Assembly (NCBI GenBank): GCA_951406725.2
Contig: OX597821.1
Location: forward strand, 75,020,001 to 75,084,000
From: Octopus vulgaris
Lineage: Eukaryota
Length of the DNA stretch: 64,000 bases
Direction: 5' to 3'
Shown piece by piece: positions 1-12,413 of this stretch. The notes beneath the pieces were generated by a model that saw nothing but the letters and a program-made list of their open reading frames with translations, made no database searches and was not told the DNA's origin. A program made the translations under genes and the position numbers. Position 1 is the stretch's first letter, and every line of letters starts with the position of its first letter.

Positions 1-6
1 CCCCCC

Positions 7-58
<52 letters not shown>

Positions 59-199
59 GCATATAAACTCTATAATTGGAAGGACTCGTATTAAACTCTG
101 TTGGACTTTTGGATTTTACTCAAAGGATGTTGGAATATTGCATATATACCATTATGCCTATAAAACGGATTTACAACTTCAATACCCACACACGCATAA

Positions 200-275
<76 letters not shown>
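1..275. repeat. (CT)n, (TA)n and (CA)n microsatellites
   Basis: Seen directly. They explain the YIYI/HTHT ORFs at 76-321 and 91-294. Confidence 0.95.
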
Positions 276-277
<2 letters not shown>

Positions 278-899
278 TTCAAGTTATATTCCACTGCAGT
301 AATAAGTCTCTACTTCCCTGAGGACGGTGGGGAGGCGGTCTAATAAGAGAGGGCCATGCGGCTAGGCAGATAAATTATACTGAGAATTCACAAGAACTCA
401 GTATATATACAATTATTATTCTGCAGCTAAATGTAAAATCTGAAGTATTATCTAAATATTATACACATAATACGTACAGATTCTTGCGAAAATCGAATAA
501 CTGTTCTCTGATTAGTTGTATCGATTAAATTATATTTCTCCTCCGTTACATAATATTTCTGTGCAGCACTGCCGACATTTCGTCACTATCCAACCACAAA
601 TAAATTAGTTGTGCTTTATTTTTGCTAATTTCTTTGCTTGATTGAAACATTTTTTCCAGTCTGTTATCTCCACAACTGCACTCGTCATGCAGTTCGTATT
701 TTTTATTAAAAAATTATCTTAGTATACAATTATGATTTTTTTCTAATTTTCAACATCTTGCAATATAAATTTTATCTTTTTATATGCTTTTTATAGCATG
801 TTGCGTGCCATGCGAGAATCAAAAATAGCTGGAGGAAAACAATTAAAACCAATACCTTAACATAACCAGAATAGACAATCTCTCTGATTATTCGGTTCC

Positions 900-1340
900 G
901 CTATCATCGAGAATGCTGGCAGAAGAACAGCTGTGACACAGCTAGAGCTGCATCATATCAATAGGATTTTCTCTTCTGGAGCAGAGGATACATCGGGACC
1001 TAACAATTATCGGTACGCTACAGAGTTCAAAGCTGGGCCACAACAGAATATTCATGTCCCATCTGGGGAATGCTCCTATACATAAAGACCTTGTCGACTG
1101 CATCCATTATGCAGTTATCGGATCTCTTGGCATATAGTTATTCACATCCACTCTTCAGCTTCTGTAATGGCTTCTGCTTCTGGGAGCAAGTTGGGCACCA
1201 GTTATGAGAGAGAAATGCTTGAGTGAAAGAAGCTGTTCCAAGAGAAAGCATTGATGGAATCAATGACGCCGGTCTAGGAAGGTCTGTGAAGAACCATGAT
1301 AGCCGTGTATTCCTCCAGAAATTGTGTCGAATTCTTTTAC
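900..1340 (-). mobile_element. Degenerate, internally deleted DIRS-like (tyrosine-recombinase retrotransposon) remnant
   Basis: Minus-strand frames read NTRLSWFFTDLPRP / IDSINAFSWNSF / AFLSHN / LVPNLL, resembling the DIRS RNaseH-MT region (N.KLP.F.S..P.P..AVDAF..W..YAFPP..LI). They continue as FPRWDMNILLW..SFE..ILCSRRE, resembling the start of the DIRS YR domain (P.WD...VL..PFEP..SARR). Many stops and frameshifts. Confidence 0.45.
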
Positions 1341-1749
1341 TGCGATACAATTACTTTCGGCTGTTGATAGTAAAATACATCAATGCAAAGTACGTACGTA
1401 GGGAAGAATTTTATTCGATAATTTTGGGGTTTATATTTGTGTGTATATTATATTATAGATAGGAAGAAGACAATATCAGTATCAAGTTTTTCTTATTGAA
1501 TTTATGTGTAGATGGAGGCTGCATCTTTATGGAGGCGTTACCAATAACACATCCGATTTTAATATACTTGTTATATCGATAAAGCTTAAAATATTCTAAC
1601 GTTCTATTCTTCAGGACATTCTTGACATCTTGTTCGGAAACTTTAAAAGTAGATCTTTTTCAGCAATTTAAACTACTTTTGAACTTATAAGTTGAATATG
1701 AAGAATATATTTATTCCTAAAATAAGATATGAGAAACAAAAACTCTTAC

Positions 1750-2040
1750 GCTGGATTAACCATTAAGCAAAATAAGTACGTGTTTGTGGCATGAAGGGAA
1801 GGAGGGGGCACCGCAGAAATGGTAAATGGTTTACGGCACAAAAGAAATCACTTTACACTTACTAAAATAATATTCGGGATGTCTTTATCTCTACTAAGTA
1901 TAGATGCATATGTGTTACCTAAGATTAATTTTGAGGATCTGATCAAAGATTCTGCGATTCAAAAAAGATGAAGAAACTTATTTACAGGTTCGGATTGAGA
2001 CCCATCGAAGCTCTAAGTACTTAAAAGACTATGTAATTCA
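1750..2040 (+). mobile_element. Non-autonomous hAT-derived element carrying the transposase C-terminal dimerisation tail
   Basis: 1885-1980 translates LSLLSIDAYVLPKINFEDLIKDSAIQKR*, matching the hAT/ZMYM1-like C-terminal pattern (LSLLSIE...IDF.DLI.DFA.KK.R). Starts with GCTGGATTAACC; the right end is degenerate. Confidence 0.55.
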
Positions 2041-2299
2041 AAATATAAACAATAACAAACCATAAAATAAATTTTCATTTTTGAAAACGAAACAAAACAG
2101 TAAGATGGAAAATAATGATTTTGTATATAAGGACCAGAACGTCGAGGGCCTTGTGCTGAAACTTGAAACCAATATATCAAAATAAATTAGAAAACATTAA
2201 AAAAATATTAATTTCATATTAAGTTCAGTTCTTTAGTTTGCTTTACACGTTTAGAGATTCATTGAAGTTCTCGGCAATTTATCTTTGCTTGAAAGCTTC

Positions 2300-2600
2300 G
2301 ACCGGAGGTTATAATGCTTCACTTTGGAGGCGTGAGTTCGATACCCGCCAGCGCATTGTGTCCTTGAGCAAGACACTTTATTTTATGTTGCTCCAGTCCA
2401 CTTAGTTCGCAGGACTGAATTGCACCTGTAGTCCAAAGGTACCAGCCTTGTCACATTTTGTGTCACGCTGAATTTCCTTGTGAAGTACGTTAAGAGCACG
2501 TGTGTTTGTGAAGTGCTCAACCACCTGTTCTTTCACGAGAATGCTGTTCCGTTGATCGGATCACCAGGAACAGCCACCGCCATAAAAGATGGGATGCCAG
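2300..2600 (+). mobile_element. tRNA-derived SINE, group B
   Basis: B box GAGTTCGATACC, then TTGTGTCCTTGAGCAAGACACTT and a body colinear with 26200-26520 and the minus-strand copies at 50122 and 50995. Confidence 0.85.
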
Positions 2601-2774
2601 TCTTGCTTTTATTACATTTCTCTTACAAGTTTCCATTGTATTCAAAACATAATAAAGAATGGATTGCAACAGGCCCTGATTTTGTTGAAGTTGTTAAATA
2701 GCGGTAATGAAATAGATGTTTGAAAAGAAGGATGCACACTTTAAAACTTAAAGTTTAAATCGTTCATTTTTTTC

Positions 2775-2850
2775 TTTGAGACGGTAATGTGTGATTTGAG
2801 AGGCATTTAGGTGCCATTTCTAGCAAGTTGCACGAACTCATAAAAATTTC
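2775..2850 (+). repeat. Old dispersed repeat fragment (group E)
   Basis: GTGTGATTTGAGAGG..ATTTCTAGCA resembles 10520-10590 (+) and reverse copies near 3400-3550, 16610-16750 and 44055-44125. Highly diverged. Confidence 0.45.
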
Positions 2851-3931
2851 GTTGTTTGTTCTATTTTATGTTAGGCAAGCTACCGACAAGTAAAAAAAAT
2901 ATATTGGCGCTGGTCGAACGAAGCGACTTCATCTGCTTTTGGAATAATTCCAACTTGTAGAAAAACAATTATAGTCTACTATTACAAAGCTGATTCTCAT
3001 TCGAAGTTATGCTTTCAATTCTTGATATAAGGTTACTGGCTTGTTTTGATCCTATCCTATTCTGATGATATATAACACTGTAATATTTAGAGCGAGAAAA
3101 GCAGGCAACTGTGGCAACAACGCAAAAGAAAATGCTTTCCGAACTAAAATTCCATAAAGGCCGGTCATATATTTTACCTGAACGCATTTCATGTATCACG
3201 AATCGACTGCAAAAGTTTTTCTTCAGTTTGTATCTTTATTCAGACTGAAAGTCGTGCTTTGAAGAAGGGTTTTATTTCGATTAAAGTCGTATCACGTCAC
3301 TTAACTTCAACGTGAGTCAAAGTGAATCAATTCACATCACTTAATTTCGGTGTGAGTTAACGTGGGAGCTTCGCCGTCTTTGTTGTATTCTTACTAGCAC
3401 TGCTGGAAATGCTTACAGCATTTGTTGAAATCACAAACTACAGTTTTAAAAAAAGAAAGAACACACTAGAAAATGTAGTTCTAGATATACAATAAAAAAA
3501 ATGGGATCGTCAAGGCTGGAATGCCATTGAAGTATAAGACTGCTAGAACTACACAACAGCAACAAAATTATAACAGCCTCGGGAAACACAGATGTATAAC
3601 AATTAACATGAGTTATTTCCCCTTACGTTCGGAGCAAGAAGCTGATTTTCTGAAACGAGCCCATTAACAGATTGTGAGATTCACTTTGTATTTCCTACTG
3701 AACCCATCACGAAACTGGAGTGCATTCTTTTCCCTTAACTTTAATTTTTGTACCCGGTAAAATTCAATCAAAAGTCTCGGAATAACAGACCCAAATTTCA
3801 ATTAGAAATTAAAATGCCATTCAAAATTCTATGATTAACTTCCACAAAGTCTTTTAGTCTTTCATCCAATCAAATAGAAAGATCATGCTTAGAGTGGAAC
3901 GAATTCAATTGGCAATATATCTCCTCTGCAA

Positions 3932-4410
3932 AAGCGGTGAGCTGGCAGAAACGGTAGCACGCTAGACGAAATACTTACCGGTATTTCGTCTCTCTTAACG
4001 TTCCGAGTTCAAATTCCGCCAAGGTCGACTTTGCCTTTTATCCTTTCGAGGTCGATTAAATAAGTACCAGTTACGCACTGGGGTCGATATAATCGACTTA
4101 ATCCGTTTGTCTGTCCTTGTTTGTCCTCTCTGTGTTTAGCCTCTTGTGGGTAGTAAAGAAATAGGTATTTCGTCTGTCTTAACATTCTGAGTTCAAATTC
4201 CACCGAGGTCCACTTTGCCTTTTATCCTTTCGGGGTCGATAAACTAAGTACCAGTTACGCACTGGGGTCGATGTAATCGACTTAATCCATTTGTCTCTCC
4301 TTGTTTGTTGCATTTCATCCTTTCGGGGTCGATAAATTAAGTACCAGTTGTGTACTGGGGTCGATCTAATCTACTGCCCCCCAACTCCCACAAAATTTCG
4401 GGGCTTTCTC
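3932..4410 (+). mobile_element. tRNA-derived SINE, group A, with tandemly repeated core
   Basis: Head GCGGTGAGCTGGCAGAAACG..GAGTTCAAATTCC. Core CCTTTCATCCTTTCGGGGTCGATAAATTAAGTACCAG (resembles the Meta/MESC SINE central domain; inference) occurs three times. Confidence 0.9.
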
Positions 4411-4724
4411 GTTGAGCAATGTAAGCAATATTTAGATTAAAACTACAAGTTGATCGATGGAAGAGACAGACTTATGGCGGGTCTTCTCCGTGACACAGTT
4501 CTCGTGTAAGATTTAAGTGTGACTTCACACCATTTGTATTTATAACGTTGGCCACTACTTATTCTGACCCCCATTTTACCATTTTATGTTTTGCGATATT
4601 TAACATGTGAGAAATGCGAATGAATAGATTAACATTTTAATTTTCCATATAGCTTTCTCTTATGACAGGTGAGATCGTCATTTTTATCGCATACACAAAT
4701 GTATCTATGTATACATACATATAT

Positions 4725-4935
4725 ACACGGTGACCGCGTGTGTACCGTTGGCGATTTTTTCCTCCGTCTTCCCTTCTCTGGATCTTTCCTTTTCCTATGT
4801 TTCTGACGAAGAGCTCCGCTCGAAACGTTAAACCCTCCTTCTTCCCTTCCTTCCTGAGCGTCCAATAATACTATATTTGTTCCACGTCCTCGCGTTGTTG
4901 TGTTTTCTCTTTGTGTTTTCATGTTTGGATTAACT
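4725..4935 (+). mobile_element. Short non-coding hammerhead-bearing repeat (Penelope-terminal/retrozyme-like), family H1
   Basis: Homologous to minus-strand copies at 50450-50645, 51325-51520 and a fragment at 30340-30420. Embedded in TA-rich microsatellite. Confidence 0.7.
4799..4833 (+). ncRNA. Minimal type-I hammerhead ribozyme motif
   Basis: GTTT-CTGACGA-A-GAGC tcc GCTC-GAAAC-GTT-AAAC. Stem I GTTT/AAAC, stem II GAGC/GCTC, palindromic ACGT stem III, GUU cleavage triplet. Confidence 0.7.
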
Positions 4936-5220
<285 letters not shown>

Positions 5221-6577
5221 AGCGTGGGTTCACGGAGTTGACTTGTTAATTTCGCTTCGCAACCGCTTAATCTCTGCCCCCGCTACGTGGCAATTAGGGC
5301 CAGCGTTCCCTACTCCAGTCTTTTGGTTGACCATTGCAATGGAAGGAAAGTGTTCAGAAGAAGAGAAAATGTCAGATGCACCTCCCCCACCACACACACA
5401 CACACCTGCACATACACATCCATACATACAAGAATACATGTATGCGTGTGTTCGAGTGCATTGTCATCATTTGAGGGAGAAAAAGAAAACAGAACGAAGA
5501 TAGCCTCATAGTTTATGTTTCCAAATATGGTTATATGAAATAATAAAATAAAAGAAAAAATCACTAAAAATATGTATTGTGGTCAAATATCATTGATTCC
5601 GACTCTCTACGGTGGTGCTCAAGCATGGCCGTAGTGCATTTACTAGAACAAATGAACAAGAAAAATGAATACATATTTTAACACGTCTGTTTAAACTGAC
5701 GTCTCAAAGCAATCCGAAAGTTGTTTCTGAGCCGCCTCAAGTCCATCCTCTAATTCTCCAAAGACGACTTATTTCTCCTACAAACGACTGCATTACCTTC
5801 TATTCAATCACTTCTATTATATACAATAATTTACTGCACTTATACAATCTCACACAACTTGTGTTTTTATTACACAAATGTTATCGATTTCTCTGTACGC
5901 TGTGTCGCATTTAATATGGATAGACAACTATCATTTGTTATTTACATATATATTGTATTTGTTACCATTCACATACTACTATACATGCACAATAAATTTT
6001 GTATCTTCTCAATATAAGCAATTAATTCATTCTAATTCTTTTGTCGTGAATTATATTCTGATAATTGCTGTTTCACCTGTTATAAAGCATTCTCAACTAA
6101 TTATTGATATAATTTTTTTGTTTTTAATTTCTGAATTTTAAATCTGAAAGGTGTCTAAAGTTTTGTGAATAGAACTGAAGTTAGTGTGAATCAGAATGTA
6201 GTTTCAATTTTGGAGAAGTAGAAAGTTATCCTGGTTTTTCACAGAGCTTCCTAGGTCGACGACATTGATGCTTTTAATAGTTCCTCTTGGAACGGGAAAA
6301 ACCCACACTTTACTTCTAAGTATATGATTTTCGTTTTCAATATTAATCAATGTTGAAATACATAAGCAGTACGATTACTGTGTGTTCAAAATACAGGTTG
6401 GTGTGCAATCTTGATATCGATTCCTGCCTAAAACCAGTAATATACCTGTATCAATGTTTAGAAAAGATACGCATGAAAACCAAACACTAATATACATGAT
6501 ATAATCTATTTACCATAATGCACTTGGCATAAACTTCCGTCTCACAAACTAGGTAGGTTAGTACATGACCTAATATT

Positions 6578-6792
6578 GATTTCAAATTTTGGCACAAGGC
6601 CAGCAATTTCAGGGGATGGGTAATTCGTTTACGTCGACTCCAGGTCTCAACTGGTACTTATTTTATCGACTACTAAAGGATAAAAAGCAAGGTCGACCTC
6701 GGCGGAATTTGAACTCAGAACGTAAAGACAGACGAAGTGCCACTACGCATTCTGTCCGGCATGTTAATACCTCTACCATCTCAGCGCCTTCA
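6578..6792 (-). mobile_element. SINE group A (diverged)
   Basis: Reverse of the core and head: CTGGTACTTATTTTATCGAC..GTCGACCTCGGCGGAATTTGAACTCAGAACGTAAAGACAGACGAA. Confidence 0.85.
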
Positions 6793-6892
6793 CATGACCT
6801 AACATTACTGTCTAGTAAAATGGATCAGTGAATGTATTCTATAAGTTTGCAACAGCAGTTTATCAGTGACATCTAGCAAAGCCAAGCTACTC

Positions 6893-6930
6893 GAGACTGA
6901 TGATGGGCAATTACCCTGAAACTAGTCTCT
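6893..6930 (+). ncRNA. Minimal type-I hammerhead ribozyme motif (family H3)
   Basis: AGA-CTGATGA-T-GGG caatta CCC-T-GAAAC-TA-GTC-TCT. Stem I AGA/TCT, palindromic ACTAGT stem III, canonical GUC site at 6925-6927. Confidence 0.65.
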
Positions 6931-7344
6931 GGTGGCTGGCTTTGTTGAGGTGCTTATCTCCCCTGTTTGAAAACTTAAGGACACAGAACGCTTGTGTCGC
7001 GTAGCCAACTAGAAACGGTGTTTGTTGGGGCTAAATAACAGTAACATTGTTCCCTGGGACTGTCACATTAATTTGGCAACGAGCCATCACTGTCTAGTAA
7101 GTTCACCAAACAGTACCCCATCCGAAATGATTACCTTCTAGGCCGAGGAATTAAAAAACTAAACTAATGGTTAAGTTACAGTGTCTAAAAATCTAGGTTC
7201 TGTGAAACCTTAAATCCAATAAAACCATCAATTCAGTATTTCAGTTTTCTTGTTTTGTACCGCTAAATTTTCGGTTATGCTTCCGTAAGGTGAGAATTTT
7301 TTATGCTTTTCACCACTATGCCATCAGTTTTTTTTGTGTTGTGA

Positions 7345-7848
7345 CCCCATTCGGTCATGAATGACCATGGGATTGCACCTAGAAAGTTACACCCCGAAGC
7401 ACAAGTCTGGGCAAGATTGTTTATGGAAGACCAGCAGTCGCCCATGCATACCAACTTCCTCTCTACACGCCAACGATGTTATCCAATGGAAAGGAAAAAG
7501 ACGATAAAGCTTGGCAGTAATGTTGCAGCTTATTTATTAACGTGCAAATGACTGATCACTCCACAGACACGTTTACACTTAACGTAGTTCTCGGGGAGTT
7601 TCAGCGTGACACAGAGTGTGACAAGGTTGGCCCTTTGAAATACAGGTACAATAGAAATAGGAAGAAAGAGTGAGAGGAACTTGTGGTGAAAGAGTACATC
7701 AGGGTTCACCCCCCCCCCTGCCGGAACCTCGTGGAACTTTAGGTGTTTTCGCTCAATAAACACTCATAATGCCCGGTCTTGGAATAGAAACCGCGATCCT
7801 TCAACCGCGAGTCCGCTGCTCCAACCACTGGGCCATTGCACCTCCACA
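7345..7848 (-). mobile_element. Composite tRNA-derived SINE (variant head + group B body + group D tail)
   Basis: Minus strand starts GTGGAGGTGCAATGGCCCAGTGGTT (A box). It shares the GTACCTGTATTTCAAAGGGCC..GAGAACTACGTTAAG body with group B, then switches to the tail also seen at 28032-28256. Confidence 0.8.
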
Positions 7849-8149
7849 TGGCATCTAAAAATATAAACAGATCCTGTGAGAATTCCATGTATTTTTATTC
7901 TAAATACGGTTGTTTATGTGAATAGGAAAGTACAAAGTTGTAATTTACTTTTAATAAAAATGATTACAATTTAAAACTTTATCTTCCCCTGAAAATATTT
8001 CTGTTGCTGAGCCTCATGATATCATATGGTGGTTCCATATATATATAACATTGCCAAAACTATATTAGAAAAACTAGAATTCTTCTTTAAATCAAGAAAA
8101 TATTCCAGCCTTGACGTGTATTGCAGAATGTCTTAGTGAAACAAAATTG

Positions 8150-8570
8150 TGGTACATGCACCAACACCGAGGTCACATCTAGAGCGAAGTAATTCAGCAA
8201 ATTGAAAAAGACCCTCTCACCAATATACTACAGCCAATTTTGCACAGAATTGCCGTTTTCTCGATCAGTAAAATATCGACCTCTCCTCCTCTGATTATCA
8301 CTAAACATTTTCTCTGCTCACTTCAACTAAACGTCTCTCTTCTCGCTCTTTCTTGACGCTTATTAAGTCTCAGTTCCTTATTCCTGCAATGAAATCTGCC
8401 ACCTATTTTATCTTAGAATTGCATTGCATCTCTTTGAAATTCTCCCCATATACAATCTCTTTTTCTTGCAAACATAACCCTGTTGATGTTTAAAAAGTAG
8501 ATTGTCTCCATCAAGTTTATCATACAAGGAAGATTAGCAAAGGCCATGAACACCGCTTTTCTTTTACACT
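8150..8570 (-). mobile_element. Very degenerate non-LTR RT fragment (RTE-like?)
   Basis: Minus strand KAVFMAFANL..YDKLD resembles RT motif 3 (LYMAFIDLEKAYD). The remainder is heavily decayed. Confidence 0.3.
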
Positions 8571-8800
8571 TTAAGCCTTTCGTTACCATATTTCTGATGA
8601 GATGCTCTATGTTTCCTTCAATTAATTTTAAATATAACAAAGACTTTAGTAAAATAACTTAGTTATCATTTAGCTAGTGCTAAGAACATAAATTGTGACT
8701 AAGATATGGTGGGAGATTTTAGTTCAGAACATTTGAAAACAAGACATTTGTACTACAGAGCGAGAGGCAGTTTCAGCCAGGTTGGTATCGAAAGAGTTAA
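8571..8800. mobile_element. TTAA-flanked MITE (piggyBac-like)
   Basis: Ends TTAAgCCTTTCGTTACCA ... TGGTATCGAAAGAGTTAA are imperfect inverted repeats, with TTAA at 8571-8574 and 8797-8800. Confidence 0.75.
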
Positions 8801-10807
8801 GCAAAACCATAAAAACTCCAAGATCGAAACTATTTGCGTATAAACAAGTGATGGAAATTATTACTACTGTCATGATAATTCGAATATATTGTTGATGATC
8901 GATAAACTCAATCTGGATCTTGGCTTCGGCTTTGCAATTTCACTTGGTACTTGAGTATCTTGAGAGAAATCTACTTTTGTTGAAAACAATCGGAGCAAGT
9001 ACTAGCTCTGAGGATGAATCATGCATTGCTTTCTTCTGCATCCAACAAGTTGTATCGTCTTCCTTGTTTCTTCCTCATTTGAAGATTTTGTAAAAAATTG
9101 GAAGTTATTTTCCATTTGAATAAAACGCAAAAGTAACAATATGGTTAATATACCAACAAGAATATTGAACTCATTTCTGTAGGATACCGCAGCAATCGGT
9201 AAACCAAATCATACTATATTTACCTTTCCTTAAGCTAATTGCCCAAGGACAGCAGAATGATGCCGTGATGACACAATATGAATTACTGATTATCTGGTGC
9301 CTTTATGACTCGGCTGATTCAAACTCAACATCATCGACATTAATAAGTGTAACAGCACATAAATAAGTATATATTTTGTATTCGTTATGTGTCTGCACTT
9401 TAGAGCGTTGCTAATCCCATAATCGATTCGAATTATATTATGATATGCTCAATTAATATTTCATCTCAGCATATACTGCGTAATGATTTTATAATATCTG
9501 CCGCATATGATATATCATTCTGTAAGCTTATTTCTAACAAGAGAATATGTTTGATTGTCACATTGGCAGAAGGCCACAAAATGCATAGTTAATTGAATTG
9601 CTCTCTCTACTTGTTTGATATCTGTTGTGTCTACACCAAGATGGGTGAAGAGTAGTTATTTCCTTGTGAGATCTGAACTGAGAACATAGACAGCTGAAAT
9701 TAAATATAGTTCATAATTTATTCCGACGTTCTACTTTCTGGCATCACCGCCACACCAGATCTATAATCATTTCTTACATTAGCTCATGCAGTTGTGCTTC
9801 TACGCTACGCGAAAAGTACATATTTTATCGACCCTCGAGGAAAGGAAAGGTAAATACAACGCCCGAATGATACAAAATTGAAAATGTAAAAACCGAAACG
9901 AAATTACATGGATTAGATTTGTTATTTAGTGCAATTAGTGTTGCTTTCTTCTCAAAATATTTGTTTGGTAGGAGAAAATATTCGTTTGACTTGTAACAAA
10001 ACCTTGTGATAATTGCTGTTTCACCCGTTATAAAGCATTTTCAATTAATTCTTGACACAATTATTTTTTCAAATTTCAGTTTAGCTTTCTATTGATATCA
10101 AGAATCAGCGCCAATGTTTTTCGCAATATGTATTCGTCTACAATGGTATGTGGAATTAAATTCCAAGAGAGCTGCATCCATAACCAACCCGTGACCTTCT
10201 ACTTTTAGCTACATTCACTTGAATTCTGCTTATGATAAACTCCCTTCATCCAAATAATGCAGCTTACGCGAATGAACACAAACACACGTGCGCGCGCGCA
10301 CACAATGCTAGTCTGTTGCAACTCTAGACTTTAGTAAAACGGCTACCGTTGGATGGAGCGTATCTTCCCCACTGTATCCCTTGTAGTTACCTAAAGTTAA
10401 ACAAATTCAGTTGTCTTTATACAAGTCGTCGTTGATCGAGCAGGCATATGATTAAAAACATTAGAAGCAATGCTATTATAGAACGTAGCAAAAATATCCT
10501 AAGAGTCAAGATGAATAATGTAGCTTGAGGAAGATTTGGTTGCTACGTCTAGCAGGTTGGTTGAACGACTTCATAGAGGCTGTTCCAGAATATCAACCCC
10601 GTATTCCTTAAATGAGGGATTCATATGTTTTGAAAAGGGCTTTGCCACTAAGAATAAGTAATTTCGCTGCAGGTGCCACTAAAGGAAACATATTCCCCTC
10701 ACGGAACAAAATTAAAAAGTTTTCTCAGTCGAAATTATTTGTAACAAAAATCTGTGGCTCTCAAAACTTTAGTTGGAGGTATTTTCTTTTAATAATGCAG
10801 AGATTTA

Positions 10808-10945
10808 AGGCGGCGAACAGGAAGAATCGTTAGCAGGCCGGGAAAAATGATTCGCGGCATTTCGCCCCCACCTTACGTTCTGAGTTCGAAATCCGTTGAA
10901 ATTACTGTTGCCTTTCATCATTTCGGGGTCAAAATATACTGATTG
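10808..10945 (+). mobile_element. SINE group A, 3'-truncated
   Basis: GGCGGCGAAC..AGAATCGTTAGC..GTTCTGAGTTCGAAATCC..GCCTTTCATCATTTCGGGGTC. Confidence 0.8.
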
Positions 10946-11570
10946 AATTCGTGTAGGCTTCTCACTAATGGCTGCTAGTATTATGCATCAGCAGTCATAT
11001 GTTGATTGTCTTGTCGAGGTCAACACTTGACCGTTAGGCTAATTTTTTTAATTCATGTCAGTAACCACGTGTTAATTTTTAATAATGTGTTTTGTATGTT
11101 AATATTGGCAGTGGTTTGCAACATAAGTATGCTTTCCATAATTAGCCTTGTGATTTTGTGTGGAATCTATGAAGTACATATTTTATTTTGTACAATCTAA
11201 TTTCATGTCATAGTGTGTGGTGTAATGTTGTGTAATAAATCTATGTTGTAAGTGCATAGTGATCCTCTGTGAAAGCGTTGTATTGGTCTGTCCAGTATAA
11301 CATCGAGTTCTCTGAAGTTTGCATCTTTCAATTTTACAGTCAAATTTATGAGTCACGTTGCTCTTCTGCAGTTTGTTCTTGGGCTCATATCTTTCTGCCG
11401 TGTTATTGATAAAACGTTTTTCGGTGCTGGTATCTTTTGTTCTATATATTATTAGTTTAAATTTGTAGCCGGGTGGGATACATTTTGTATTCCTTTTTAC
11501 GGGGGTTTTTATTATATGTTCATCTATTCGATGGTTTTTGTGCATTTGGTCCATTTAATAAATATTGTGT

Positions 11571-11609
<39 letters not shown>

Positions 11610-12036
11610 GGTGGGTGTATCTATATTAGGTGTCTTTTCTGATATATTTATTGCATTTGTGTCTGTATTGTTTTAGTTTTATAGCTTTGTCTACCATTCT
11701 GTTAGAATATCTATTTTTAATAAATGTTTGCCGTATTCTATGTGTTTCATTCTTTAGTTCCTTGTTAGTTAATGAGAATATAAACGCTCGTCTGAGGAGT
11801 GATTTTGCCACTAACATCTTATAGTTGAGAGAGTATTCACTGTCTCCATGTTAGTACACGCATTTAATTGCCTCCTTGGTGTATACTGACATAATATGTC
11901 TTATTTTCGATCTGTACGCTTATATCAAAAACGGGGTCTCACTCTTATTATACTTGATGCTAAACTTTAGTACCGAGTTGTTTGCTAAGTTTCTCAATTT
12001 CCTAATTTGCATCCATTGCAACTGGTGTACCATCTG

Positions 12037-12214
12037 TTCTATATTTAAGAGATGAAGAATTATTTACATTATTTAATTTATTTACATTTGACGGATATTT
12101 GTCCTTATCTTGTTTGTTGTTAGCACAACGTTTCGTTTGATGTAACCCCCAGCCTTCATCAGGTGTGTTGGGGAAATTTCGAAACTGGCTTCTCATTCCT
12201 AAGGTAGTTTTCAA

Positions 12215-12305
<91 letters not shown>

Positions 12306-12413
12306 ATTGTTGTTGTTGTTATTGATGTTGTTGTTGTTGTTGTTGTTGTTCTTCTTCTTCTTCTTCTTCTTCTTCGAACTCGGAATCTTGGGGTCAGTAG
12401 CCCGCGCTCTTAT
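12037..12413 (-). mobile_element. tRNA-headed, hammerhead-tailed SINE-like element (family H2) with 7-bp TSD
   Basis: Minus strand: ATAAGAGCGCGGGCTACTGACCCCAAGATTCCGAGTTCGA (tRNA-like, B box), then a (GAA)/(CAA)/(TAA) tract, then a hammerhead tail shared with 30197-30338. CCATCTG is duplicated at 12030-12036 and 12414-12420. Confidence 0.75.
12124..12165 (-). ncRNA. Minimal hammerhead motif (H2), stem II damaged
   Basis: CAC-CTGATGA-A-GGCTG..TCAAAC-GAAAC-GTT-GTG. The intact homolog at 30282-30327 has CAGCC in the 3' arm. Confidence 0.6.

Noticed and set aside
3292-3365. Diverged 40-bp direct repeat
   Set aside because: Only two copies; an ordinary local duplication.
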